Part shown: positions 1 to 11,646 of the stretch, piece after piece
Layout of the letters: each line of letters starts with the position of its first letter
Position numbering within the stretch: the first letter of the stretch is position 1
NCBI GenBank assembly: GCA_951406725.2
Contig: OX597819.1
Span: forward strand, 77,066,001 to 77,130,000
Direction: 5' to 3'
Length of the DNA: 64,000 nt
Origin: Octopus vulgaris
Taxonomy: Eukaryota
The notes under the pieces: generated by a model
Database searches by the model: none
What the model was told of the DNA's origin: nothing
Seen by the model: only the letters and a program-made list of their open reading frames with translations
Position numbers and translations under genes: made by a program

Positions 1-441
1 CGGCCCAATGGTTTCCTTTGTGGCAGAATTAATAGTCAAGACTATTTAGGTATTTTATCTTATCAAATTCATCCTATGGTTGCAGAACTGTTTGCAGAGG
101 GAACCACAATCTTTCAGAATGATAATGCACCAATTTACACAGCTAAAGTTGTTACTGAATGGCACAAGGAACATTCTAGTGAAGGTGAACATCTTATCTG
201 GCCACCACTGTCCCCAGATCTCAATATTATTGAACATTTATGGTGCATTTTAGAAAAACAAGTAAGGAGTCGATATCCTCCACCATCATCACTACAAAAA
301 CTGGAGACTGTTTTAGCTGAGGAATGGACAAAAATCCCTTTGGAAACAATTCAAACTTTGTACGAGTCCATACCTCATAGAATTCAAGCTGTAATTACTG
401 CCAAAGGCGGTCCTACCTCATATTATAATAAGTTTGTTTGA
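1..441 (+). pseudogene. Tc1/mariner-superfamily transposase, C-terminal part (DDE domain), probably decayed and cut off by the window start
   Basis: The frame is open from base 1 and reads ...CGRINSQDYLGILSYQIHPMVAELF...FQNDNAPIYT...WPPLSPDLNIIEHLW...RIQAVITAKGGPTSY. These are Tc1 motifs (FQxDNxP, WPxxSPDLNxIE, KGGxT). GPMVS at bases 2-16 lies in another frame, suggesting a frameshift. Confidence 0.93.
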
Positions 442-452
442 AATTTTAAGTT

Positions 453-480
453 GTTTCCATTATTTTGTCCAACCCATGTA
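453..480 (+). mobile_element. Right terminal inverted repeat of the Tc1-like element, plus TA target site
   Basis: GTTTCCATTATTTTGTCCAACCCATG|TA lies just after the stop codon. Its reverse complement CATGGGTTGGACAAAATAATGGAAAC resembles Tc1-type CAG... termini. The left TIR is outside the window. Confidence 0.7.
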
Positions 481-564
481 TGTATGTATGTATGTATGTA
501 TGTATATATATACACACATACACACACATATATATATACACATACACACACATGCATGCATAAC

Positions 565-723
565 AGGTTTCTTTCAGTTTCTGTCTACCAAATCCACTCA
601 CAAGGCTTTGGTCAGCCTGAGGCTATAGTAGAAGACACCTGTCCAAAGGGCCATGCAGTGGTGCCTGAATCTGGAACCATGTGGTTGGGAAGGAAGTTTC
701 TTACCACACAGCCATGCCTGCAC
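565..723 (-). mobile_element. SINE family A, 5' half
   Basis: Matches the head of the full-length copy at 59861-60255. Confidence 0.9.
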
Positions 724-753
724 ACACACACACACATATGCGCGTGTGTGTGT

Positions 754-809
754 GTCCAACAGCTGTTTCATACACACACGTGTATGGGTGTATGAAACAG
801 CTGTTGGAC
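754..809. repeat. Perfect 22-bp inverted repeat with 12-nt loop
   Basis: GTCCAACAGCTGTTTCATACAC (754-775) and its exact reverse complement GTGTATGAAACAGCTGTTGGAC (788-809). Confidence 0.95.
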
Positions 810-994
810 TCATAAAACTTTTATTCGACCCCTTTAATTCTTTATATCATTTCTATTCTATATAAAAAGTCAGACCTTTTTTATATGTAACCTTGCCTAA
901 CTTGCTTGTCTTTACATTTATTCCTCTACCTGCTCAAGTTTAAATCCCTTGAGCACTATGAAGTGTGTGTTATACAGAGAATACTTATCTCTAG

Positions 995-1026
<32 letters not shown>

Positions 1027-1059
1027 CACACACACATACACACTCAAACAGACATATAA

Positions 1060-1225
1060 GAAGTGGATACATGGTGGTATTTAGTTTGCATTCCAGCTGC
1101 ATAGTTTCAGATTCAGTCCCACTGATTGGCACTTTAGGTTTGTGTCTTTAACAATAGACTCTGAGGTTGATGAAAGCCTTATAATGGATTTGGTAGATGG
1201 AAACTGAAATAGATCTGCCATGTGT
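1060..1225 (+). mobile_element. SINE family A, degenerate 5' half
   Basis: Contains TTCAGTCCCACTG and TGGATTTGGTAGATGGAAACTGAAA. Confidence 0.75.
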
Positions 1226-2681
1226 GTGAGTGTGTGTGTTATGTTCTGTTGCATGCTGATGTACATTTTTGGATAATGAATTAAAATTTTAACAAAAATT
1301 ATATGATAAAATATATAAAATGCACAATAGCAATGCTTGATAAATACAGTTTGGATGTATCACACAATGTTCCATTGTTTTAGTGTGGTCTATCTTCATA
1401 CTACCCGTATTTGCAGCCAAGCTGTGCAGAAGATGGTAATTTTCACATATATAGATCAGAATTTTTGTTGGCAGGCTATAGTTTGGTTTGAGTAGAATAG
1501 TTGCCTATAGCATAGAAGCTTTTTTTTTTCTTTTCTTTTTTTTCTCCTCTGTTTTAATGAGATATTCAGTAGCTTGCATTCATGCCAACTTTATTTTGCT
1601 GTAAGAGTAAATGTAGATGATTGAAATCTTAAACTGATATCCTCATGTAAGCAGCCAAGATGTTACAACTGTGATTACTGCAATATAATTTTGTGTTCTT
1701 TTAATTTTAAATTTGCCTTCTGTCTTACAATCATTTTCCCTCCCAGTTAGTATGAGATGGTTTTACTGTAATTTTTAATTTTTTTTCTTTTCATTTTTAC
1801 ATTTTAATATTGCTAAAGTTATAGCTTTTACAGCTGGGTGCTTTTCCTGCTTGTTATCTCCTTTCAGTGAACCTGTCTGGTAATCAGACAAAATGAGGTG
1901 ATATCAATAATCTAGCTTGTCATCTGGGGGAACCAGTATGATATTGTTTTAGCTAGAAGATTTGGATTCATGACCCATGTTTTCAGTAGTTCAACTCTGC
2001 CTTTATCTTTAAATGTTTTGTACTGCCTTCCACATGTTTCAACAGCATTTCAATTTGGGGAGGTTAGGGATTAGTTTTAACAAGGCACATGGCCAAGTTT
2101 TTGAGGAGAGTCGGAATCAATGGCTGGAGTTATACTTCTATATTACTGGGGCATATTTTTGACACCCTCACTCCAAACAAGATAAATGTTCATCTGAACA
2201 TTAGTTCATCTGAACTAAATAGTTGAATGAAAAACTAAGAAAAGTTTTGAAGAAATATTGATCTCCATGTGATCCTGAAATGATTGGATTTAAAAATTTT
2301 TTTGTGGAATGTGATTAAGTAACATTCATGTTTCTGTAGAGAACATTAGCAGCTTGAAGAAGGTAAATTAGATTTAGATTCAACAAGAGGATTGCAGTAA
2401 GTTTGTGGCTGTGGAAGAGTCCATGAATAAAACGCAAACCATAAGGCTTGGAATATTACATTCAAGTGTTCTCACCAGCTTACATTATTTATAGCAAAAA
2501 CCGCAGCAGAGGCATTCTTTGTTATGGAACTCATGCCATTGAATCAACTGATGGTTCTTTTCAAGAACTGCACATTTAATGTGTGCGCATCTATGCTTTT
2601 ATGTTAAAAATACATCAAACACAGCTGTCTACTTGAATGGATAGTTACACTTCATACTGAGTGACAGTTTCAGCATTGTAT

Positions 2682-2800
2682 GTGTGTGTGTTTAAGTGAT
2701 CTTTTTTTTGGCTATATATATATATTTACAAGTGTGTGTGTTTAAGTGTTCTTCTTTGGTTATATGTATTTACAAATATGTGTATGTATGTGTATAAGTG
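2682..2800. repeat. Degenerate tandem duplication, about 45-50 bp unit, 2-3 copies
   Basis: GTGTGTGTGTTTAAGTG...TTTGG.TATAT...ATTTACAA is repeated. Confidence 0.7.
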
Positions 2801-2875
2801 ATTTATTTCTTTATTATAATGCTTATCTTTGTTTTTCAAAATTTTCCATCAGAATTTTCTATTGATATTTAATTT

Positions 2876-2879
<4 letters not shown>

Positions 2880-2914
<35 letters not shown>
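2880..2914. repeat. (GT)n microsatellite
   Basis: Read directly. Confidence 0.98.
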
Positions 2915-2916
<2 letters not shown>

Positions 2917-3426
2917 ACGCATTTGTTCAACACATTTCTTTTATAGTTAATTAAATTATTTGATTTTTGAAATGTGTTGCATATTCTGGTCACAACCCAG
3001 TCAAGATGACGTCAACCTACATTTTAGTTTGCCTTTTAAACTAATTTGCATAGCTAGATTGAAAAGTGAAATAAATAAATAAAATAAATAAATAGAAAGT
3101 AAATGAAAACTTATTTTAAAGAAAGTGGAAAGATAAAGGAAAAGCACGTGATCACTTTGTTGCTGTAATGGCTTTCTTTCCCATTTTGTTTCTTTAACTA
3201 TTAGCTAAGGGTTAATCAAACTGCTTCCACAATTGGTAGCACTTTCTTTTTTTCTCTAAGTATATATATAATAGGCTGGGGATGAGGAATGTAAGAACTC
3301 AGTGTATGGCTTTGAAACATCAGTAATAAAATTAAAGGGTCTGGAGTATGAGAATAATCGACTGTTAATAAATTGAGCATGAGTTGTTCTTACGTGTAAT
3401 GTTATATAGCTGTGAAATTTATCCAG

Positions 3427-3600
3427 CAGGTGCAGGCAAGGCTCTGTGGTTAAGAAACTTGCTTTGCAACCACATGGTTTCAGGTTCATTTCTACTGCAC
3501 AGCGCCTTGGGCAAGTGTCTTCTTTTATAGCCCTGAACCGACCAATGCCTCATGAGTGAATTTGCTGGAAGAAAACTGTATGAAAGCCCATCGTATAAAT

Positions 3601-3631
<31 letters not shown>

Positions 3632-3822
3632 GTTTGCTCCCGCACCACTGCTTGACAAATGGTGCTGGTTTGTTTACTTGCCTATAACTTAGTGGTTTGG
3701 CCAAAGACTGGTAGAATAAGTATCAGACTTTGAAAAACATAAGTACTGGAGTTGATTTCTTCAACTAAGCTCTGCATGGTCTCAGTCCAGTGACTGAAAC
3801 AAGTAAAAGATAAAAGGTAAAA
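3427..3822 (+). mobile_element. SINE family A, full length (tail type 1)
   Basis: tRNA-like head with A/B-box-like TGTGGTTAAG and GGTTCA, then CCTTGGGCAAGTGTCTT, an internal (TA)/(TG) microsatellite, and the tail GACTGAAACAAGTAAAAGATAAAAG. Confidence 0.9.
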
Positions 3823-3886
3823 GGTGAAACAGCATTGGTTACCTGGGTATGCAAAGTATACAGATTATTATTATTATTATTATTTA

Positions 3887-4521
3887 AGGCAGTGAGCTGG
3901 CAGAATCAGTAGCATGCCAGGAGAATGCTTAGTGGTATTTCGTCCATCCTAATTTTCTGAGTTCAAATTCTGCCAAGGTCGACTTTGCCTTTCATCCTTT
4001 CAGGCTTGATAAATTAAGTATCAGTGAAACACTGGGATCAATGTAATCGACTAGTCCCTTCCCCAAAAATTTCAGGCCTTGTACCTATAGTAGAATGGAT
4101 TATTATTATTATTATTATTATTATTGCTATGTTCTGAGTTCAAATTCCGCCAAGGTTGACTTTGCCTTTCCTTCTTTCATGGTCGATAAATTAAGTACCA
4201 ATCATGTGCTGGGGTTGATCTAATCGACTGGCCCCTTTCCCCCAAATTTCAGGCCTTGTGCCTATCATAGAAAGGATTATTATTATCATTATTATTATTA
4301 TTATTATTAATCTGGCAGAATCATTAACATGCCAGGCAAAATGCTTAGTAGCATTTCGTCTGTCTTTATGTTCTGAGTTCAAATTCTGCTGAAATCAGCT
4401 TTGCCTTTCATCCTTTTGGGATCGATAAAATAGGTACCAGTTGGGCAATGGAGGCCGATATATTCAAATTTACCCACTCCCTGATATTACTGGCCTTGTG
4501 CCAGAAATTTCAATTATTATT
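3887..4521 (+). mobile_element. Three head-to-tail SINE family B copies with (ATT)n tails
   Basis: Copies at about 3887-4125, 4126-4308 (5'-truncated) and 4312-4521. Each has TTCTGAGTTCAAATTC..., TTTGCCTTTC.T.CTTT... and GATAAA.TA.GTA.CA. An (ATT)n run at 3864-3884 precedes them. Confidence 0.92.
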
Positions 4522-5515
4522 AGTAGTTGAATAAAAGAACCATCACTGAGAAGTAGAAGATAGAAATAGGGAAGATGTTGTTTGATTGTTTTTGTTATTG
4601 TATTTATGATTGTATTAGCTGTCATAGTTAAGATGACATAAGATTAGAGTACCGAAAACCAACAGGTAGCCATTTTCTTCTAATGAACGTTTACTTTTGC
4701 TGATTATATGCAAAAACCTAAGTTGAAAGCCAGCTAGAGATGTAATGCAATTATTCTCAGAAAAGTGAGCAGCAGTCAACCTAAGGAGAATTAAAATCCT
4801 GCCTTAGCACTACTGACTGCAAAACCTGTGACAGTTTCATACAACCTATAGGTCACCATTCACCATATATCACAAAATTTTCAGATAAGAAAGACATTGT
4901 AGCCATAAGTACTCCACTGTTGCCATCTTCGTTAAGCACCTTGTCATTGCCATGGTTTCATGCTTCAATGGCCACAATTCTGTAACAGTATCTATAAATA
5001 TTCTTTGAAATATTACTTGCACCTTTATAGCTGTCATTTACACATTAGATATCAATATTACTATTGTTTCTTATCATTAATCATTAACTTAGTTTTATTA
5101 TAACGATAGTTGCGTATAATGTTGTAGATGATTTTAAACATGCATTAATTATTCCAGATGTTTATGTTATATTTTTAATAGTTAGTTTAGAGCACAGATT
5201 TATTGGTTTTTTATAAGCAAGAAGCTAACTGTCATTTTGTGTATGTATATGTGTATGCTTCTGTGAAATTTTTGAATTTGCCATAACTAAAACATTACAC
5301 ATTTTCTTATTGATAATGCTTCATTTATTATTTTTTAAAAAATTATTTATCACTTTAACTATTGATAACAGATTTATTGTAAGCCTGTAATTACTCTGTG
5401 TTAGTGTTCTGACCAATGAAACCCTTGCGAGGAAGGGTTACAAGATTGATTTCCATTGTTTCTGATCATTGACTGTGTAGTGATGTTGATTGTGTTTGTG
5501 TGCAGCAATGCTTGA

Positions 5516-5991
5516 CCCTTTAGCATTCAGATTTCTCTGTCAAATATAATTCTTATTTATTCACATTGATTTGAATTAGTCACGCCTTACCATGTAGTTT
5601 TGAGAGATCTCAATGATGCGATTTGTTTATTTTTAGAGTAATATTGTAGGGTAAGTGTGAGAGGTCAGAACTGGCCAGTTTGTAGATAAAACAGATAGAT
5701 TAGATTATTTTGGCCTGGTATGGCTGGTTTAAATGCGGCGAGCTAGCAGAAACGTTAGCACACCGGGCAAAATGCTTTGTGGTATTTTGTCTGCCGCTGC
5801 GTTCTGAGTTCAAATTCCGCCGAGGTCAACTTTGCCTTTCATCCTTTCGGGGTCAATAAATTAAGCACTAGTTACACACTGGGGTGGATGTAATCGACTT
5901 AATCCGTTTGTCTGTCCTTGTTTGTCCTCTCTGTGCTTAGCCCCTTGTGGGTAGTAAAGCAATAGGTATGTCTGGTTTAAATGCCAAAGGG
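5516..5991 (+). mobile_element. TTAA-flanked MITE family E (piggyBac-like termini), interrupted by a SINE B
   Basis: TTGA|CCCTTTAGCATT ... AATGCCAAAGGG|TTAA. The interior matches copies at 29190, 46367 and 50041. Confidence 0.82.
5737..5964 (+). mobile_element. SINE family B, full length, with a 20-bp TSD
   Basis: Flanked by GGTATGGCTGGTTTAAATGC (5717-5736) and GGTATGTCTGGTTTAAATGC (5965-5984). Confidence 0.95.
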
Positions 5992-6249
5992 TTAATGGTA
6001 GTGAATCTTCAGGAAGCTGAAAATATACAGAGCAGAAAATTGGGGATTTATACAGTAGATAACCAAAAAAACCAGCAAAACCTACAATCTATCAAGGGAC
6101 CCTTTACATTGCATGTGGACAACCTCTTTTTAGAAGCAGACTTTCCTGGGACATCGCTTATTAGGTAGGTTGCACTCCTAAAAAACAATTCAAGGTAATG
6201 TTTTATTATGTGTGACATTCAAAAAGTCCTGCAGACCAAAGGTTACCCA

Positions 6250-6370
6250 TGACTGTTCTACATGATCGCTTGACCATCTAGAAATAACAACCAAATCTCC
6301 CTCAAATACTACTCTTGAGCCTCTATGTGGTCACTTGACCTGTTAGAAATAGCAACCACATACCTCACAT
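6250..6370 (+). mobile_element. Interspersed repeat family F, two tandem fragments
   Basis: Motif close to GGTCACTTGACCTGTTAGAAATAGCAACCAAATCTCCCTCAAAT occurs twice and recurs elsewhere in the window. Confidence 0.75.
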
Positions 6371-7028
6371 GCTATAACCTTTGTGTAATAAAATGAAGAA
6401 AAAAAATGAAAAGATATGAAGAATAAAAATATCAAAATCAAAAGTATACAATCTTAATGAGCATAATACTTTTATTATTGATTACTATTTGTCTATAATA
6501 CTTAAGATAATTATTTATAAAGTATAATGTCTCTCAGTGATATGGTTTAGCAACTTAAAAGTTATGTAATGGTATTATTGCTCGTTAAAACCCACTCCTG
6601 TGCAAATATGTCATTTTTAATTCACTCTAACTGCTACTGATTTCTTTTTATGAATTTTTTTTAATTATTTGCCAGAGCATATCAACATTGTGTATGCACC
6701 ATAAAGGAGGGGTGGGGTTTAATAAAGTCACAAGAATGATTAACCGTAAGATGTCATTAATTAAATGCCGCTAATCCATTTGAAGCATTTTGTTCAACCA
6801 TAACCGTTTTGTTTCCTGAGGTAACTCAATACTGAATAATCGTTATCAATATCATTAAAGACCTGTCATTTATATATGTCAGGTAGCAATAATAAAAGTA
6901 TTGTATAATTTTGTGTTTTATTGGGGTTTTTTTTATATATATATCAGTTCTTTATATTTGCCCATGTTTAATTTAGTTGTGTAGTCTTAGGTTCACTGAA
7001 TAGTCATGGTTGGAATATCTTTAGACAT

Positions 7029-7390
7029 AGGCACAGGTGCAGCTGTGTGGTTAAGAAGCTTGCTTTACAACCATGTGGTTTTTGGTTCAGTCTCATTTCA
7101 TGCCACCTTGGTCAAGGGTCTTCTACAATAGCTCTGAGCTGAGCATTTCCTTGTAAGTAAATCTGGTAGGCAGAAATTGTGTGGAAGGGTGTCATGTATG
7201 TATGTATGTATGTGTGTGTACATATATACATATGTGTATGTGTGTGTATACATATATATATACATACATGTTTGTATATATGTGTGTGTATGTGAATACA
7301 TATATCTGTGTATATGTATGTGTGTACATACACACACACACACACGCGCGCGTGTGTCTTTGTATCTGTGTTCATCACCCCCTCCAATTG
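7029..7390 (+). mobile_element. SINE family A with expanded internal microsatellite
   Basis: Head GGCACAGGTGCAGCTGTGTGGTTAAGAAG..., followed by about 160 bp of (TG/TA)n. Confidence 0.85.
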
Positions 7391-7425
7391 TCAATTTAGT
7401 CACATAAAACGCATGCAAAAATGTT

Positions 7426-7630
7426 TGGCAGAATAATTAGCATGCTGGCATGCTTAGTGGCATTTTGTCTGTTTTTAAGTTCTGAGTTCAAATTCTGCCA
7501 AGGTTAACTTAGCCTTCCATCCTTTCAGGGTCAATAAGAAAGTACCAGTCAGGCATTGAGATTGATGTAATTAACTTATGCCCCACTTCTGAAACTGCTG
7601 GCCTTGTGCCAAACTTTGAAGCCAATATTT
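7426..7630 (+). mobile_element. SINE family B
   Basis: TTCTGAGTTCAAATTCTGCC...GCCTTCCATCCTTTCAGGGTCAATAAG...GGCCTTGTGCCAAACTTTGAA. Confidence 0.85.
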
Positions 7631-8401
7631 TGTAATGTTTTGGCATGTATCATTTCTGTTACTTCCAAGTTATATCCATCCATATATGTATGTATGTATG
7701 TATCTATCTATCTATCTATCTTCCTCTTTTCTTCCTTTTACAATGTCTTTTTAAATTCCTATGGTAGCATGAACAGAATAAGTTTTTCAAAATATGAAGT
7801 TCTTGTTGAAGAAATTGCTTTTACAGATAGATGCACTTTCTTCTGCCTAGCATCCAACCATATAATGGAAAAGTAACCATGTGATAGCAATAGCATAGCC
7901 TGCTGTCAACCAGGTAGGTTGAAGCAAAAACTGAAAGTGTATTTGATCTGGGGCAATGTATAAATGGCTGTAGCAGAGTTTGAAATCACTGCCATTTAAT
8001 TAGTTGATGAGTAACTTTAATCTCATTGTCATGTGACGTATTTCATTCAGTCGTCTAATTCATCCAGAAAGGTATAGAACCTTTTTTTCTGAATCACTGA
8101 CGCGTATTTTTAAATATTTCACCTGTGGCTAATAATGCCCAATCTAGTGTCCTGAATTAATTAAATCTTTGAATTATTTTCACTCTGACACTAGTTATTG
8201 AATGAAAAGAGGCAGAAAGAATAAATTATGAGACAAAACAACCCAACTCACCACACACGCACACAAAAAAAGAAAAATTAAAAAATTTAATTTGATTTGT
8301 TATTGTAATCTTGTTTGTAACCAAGTTTTGTTCTGTGATATTTAGATTTTTATGAAGACATTTATTATTGGGAAGTATTGATTTCAAATTGGAAGAAGGC
8401 C

Positions 8402-8690
8402 AATTTTCTTGTATGGTATGGGTGAGATTGAGGATGGTAGCTGGTTGATTCTGTTTATAAAAAAAAAATCACAGAATTAAAAGACTAAGTTGACTAAGTT
8501 GGAATTTCAGCAACAGAACCACAAGACTAAAACTCATCATCACCTTCACCTAAGCTACATAATTTTCTTGTTTGGTATGGGTGAGGGCAGTGATGGTAGC
8601 TGTTTAAGTCCATTGATATATTAACAGAAGAATTAAAAGACAAGATCGAAATTTGAATAGCAGAACAGCTGGTCTAAGACTAAACACTTT
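8402..8690. repeat. Old tandem duplication, about 159-bp unit, probably containing decayed minus-strand SINE B
   Basis: AATTTTCTTGT(A/T)TGGTATGGGTGAG...GATGGTAGCTG...AGAATTAAAAGAC starts at both 8402 and 8561. Confidence 0.8.
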
Positions 8691-10109
8691 ATCCTTATTG
8701 TTGAAAACTTTCAAGGGTCAAATATACAGGTTCCCATCATTTATTTTGCTCAGCTATCTTTAAATGGGATGACTGAAATGGTCTGCATTTTTTTTTTAAA
8801 TATGTATTTCTTCTCTATATTTTATATTATTGGTAATAATTCTCATTCATCAACTAAAATGCGTTGATTTATAAATCTTTTTCTCATTTCAATTACATTT
8901 ACTTTTGTTTGGATGCTATGGTGACAGTTTTTTGGTTGACCTGGTTAACCCATGAATGCATGGAAATATGTCATAAAGAAAATGAAAATTATAAAAAAAA
9001 AAAACAAAGAGAAAAAGAATGTTATCTTCTAATATTATAAACTACTGAGAAATTTCCTGTGCTGATTTGTGAGCAAGAAAATTAGTTATTAACTTGATAA
9101 TGAAAATTTATTAAAAACAAAAAAAAAAACAAGTATAAAAATTTGATCAGCAGTATCATATTCTCTTGGGAGAATTTTCAATGTTGGTGATTTCATGGAG
9201 TAAGGAATATTTCTTGTTGCTAGAAAATGTATTAGTTTAGAGATTTTGCAGAAATATATTTCCTTGCTCAGAGCATGATCACTACCTTTTGCTTAATTAA
9301 TCTTTTCCACTAGATTATTAAAATTAGTTCTGGTTTTATCAGCCACTAATTCACTGAAATTGGTAACTCAAAACTAAAACCATAAGTACCAAACTGTATA
9401 TAGTAAAGAATGTAAATTTTGTAGTCTGCTGCTATTTAACCATTTTATTTTACCACCTTAAGATTACAAAGAATATTGGTGTCATATGTAGAAGGAAGAC
9501 CAGATGCTTTTCCCCACCCCCTTTTTTTTTGTTATTGATGCTGGATATAATTAGTTTATTTTTTTCTTTTCACTTGCTTTGGTCCATTAAACTGCAGCCA
9601 TGCTGAGGCACCACCTTGAGGAATTTTAACCAAATGACTCAACCTTTTTTTTTAAGCTGTGTACTTATTCCATTGGTCTCTGTTGACTTATTTGATATCA
9701 GTTCAGAATGGAGAACAAAACTACTTGCTATAAGGCATTTTGTTTTGTCACATCATGATGAATTTTATGATGGGTATTCATTTGTATGTTCAGCTGAATT
9801 ATCTGCTCTTGAAGGAAGGCATAAGTGGCCGAGCAATCAATACACATCTGTACCCATAACTCAATTTTTAGGCAGAATCAACAAAACACAGTGTATCTTT
9901 CAAATTGTAGGTACAATTCATCCACAGGGCTTTCTATACAGTTTTTGTCTGTACTATTTCACTTACAAGGTTGTAGGTTGGCTTCCGGTTCTAGAAAACA
10001 TTTGCCTTAGACAACCACAAAGTGGTATTGAGCCTGGGACCTTGTAGTTACAAAATGAACTTCTTAAACACTCAACTACACTGAGTGCACACACAAATAC
10101 ATTTATACA

Positions 10110-10533
10110 TACCACCACCATCATCATCATTTAACATCCCCTTTTCCATGCTAGGACACACAGAATTTGTTGAGGCAGATTTTTCTACAGCTGGATGCTC
10201 TTCCTGTTGCCAACCCTCACCTGTTTCCAAAAAAAAGTAATATTTTTCCATGGCCAGACATGTTTGCATGGAAACCTGGAAACAAACAACATTGCTTATA
10301 TGACAGTGGTACTCATTTACAACCATCACATGATGTCAAGACAAGGGAACATTCACACACACACACACACACAATAGGCTTTTCCAGGTTCTTTCTGCTA
10401 AATCCACTCACAAGGCTTTGGTCAGTCAGGGGCTGTAGTAGGAGACACTTGCCCAAGGTGCCACACAGTGGCACGGAATCTGAAATCCTATGGTTGGGAA
10501 ATGATTTCTTAACCACATGGCCATGCCTATACC
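10110..10533 (-). mobile_element. SINE subfamily A2: family A head with an RTE-like 3' tail and (GAT)n
   Basis: The A head (10375-10533) is contiguous with a tail that reads GGAAGAGCATCCAGCTGTAGAAA...GCATGGAAAAGGGATGTTAAATGATGATG on the minus strand. Confidence 0.85.
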
Positions 10534-11646
10534 TCATGCAATAATAGTAAAAGCAAAGCCTTCATAAATTCATGGCATCATGAGAAACACAAAGAAAATC
10601 ATTTGTAGTCTAATGGTTTATCACTCCAAAAGTCAAAAGACACATTGTAGTGAACAATTGTGACTAATTAATGCAGAATAATAATTTCTGTATATGTATG
10701 ACTCTACAGTTTATCTGTTCTTAGGAGAAATTATAATATTCTTCTAGCTGCAAGGCATAGTATAATCTAACTAATTACACAGTAAAGCAGTAAGAGTTAT
10801 CCTTATGTAGGCCATCTAAACTCAGTAGCAGACAATTTCACTTCAAATAACATTTATAATTCCTTTGATCTTCTCCTTTATTTTATACTGCATCCCCACC
10901 TTCCCAACCATCACCACCACTCCCACCGCCTACCCTGCAGTGCAACACCCGAGATATGTTGAAGGTTAGGTATCATTGTTCTTGATTAGTGCATTGGTGT
11001 TTAGTTAAATCACGTCGATGAAAACAAAGGAGAAGATGATGATGATGAAAATCAAAGCAAAAGCAGTGCACAAGAATGGAAATTGATTCAATTGAAAAGT
11101 TACTTTTACTTGAAATAGTCATACATGTAAAAGTGCAGTAATATTGGGAGTTCCTTAGAAACAGAAATAAATCAAATTCAATACTCAGAAGAATTAAAGA
11201 TATTATAAGAGTAATGCTATTGGCCATTAGACTAATAGCATTTGAATGTTTTTATCCTTTCAGGTGCTGAGTTACATAGAGTGATTATCTTGAAACAAAA
11301 TGATATTTGGTATTATTAATTTTCTTCAGTTTGTATAGAAATAACCTTTTAGTGAGGTGGGTCTGTAAGGCATTTCAATTTTTGGTTGGAGCCAGTTCAT
11401 TTCACTTCACTTACACTGTTAATTTCTTTAAGAAAGACATGAATGCCAAACAACTATATTTTCTTTGTTTACAAATTTGTGGTTTTGTTCCTGAGTAAGG
11501 CATCCAATTTTCTGGAATTCTTGTAGAAATTTCCCTTTGAGGAATTCTTTAATCCTGTTATGTTTGCTGTTTTACATTATTTTTAAAAAGGATATTTACA
11601 ATAGTTCTAAATATGTTCATAATTACATTGTCAGTGACTTTCATCA

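Noticed and set aside
434-865. ORFs rich in H/T/Y/I/C/V (also at 7098-7418, 29835-30122, 39220-39727, 51469-51769)
   Set aside because: They are translations of (CA)/(TA)/(TG) microsatellites and SINE sequence.
2225-2370. Possible second transposase remnant (SP.D...F.W-like)
   Set aside because: It is too degenerate to support by eye.
2753-2775. miR-9-like TCTTTGGTTAT
   Set aside because: The match ends after 11 nt, lies in a low-complexity duplication, and has no star arm.
9616-10047. 143-aa ORF
   Set aside because: It spans several decayed SINE fragments and has no recognisable domain.
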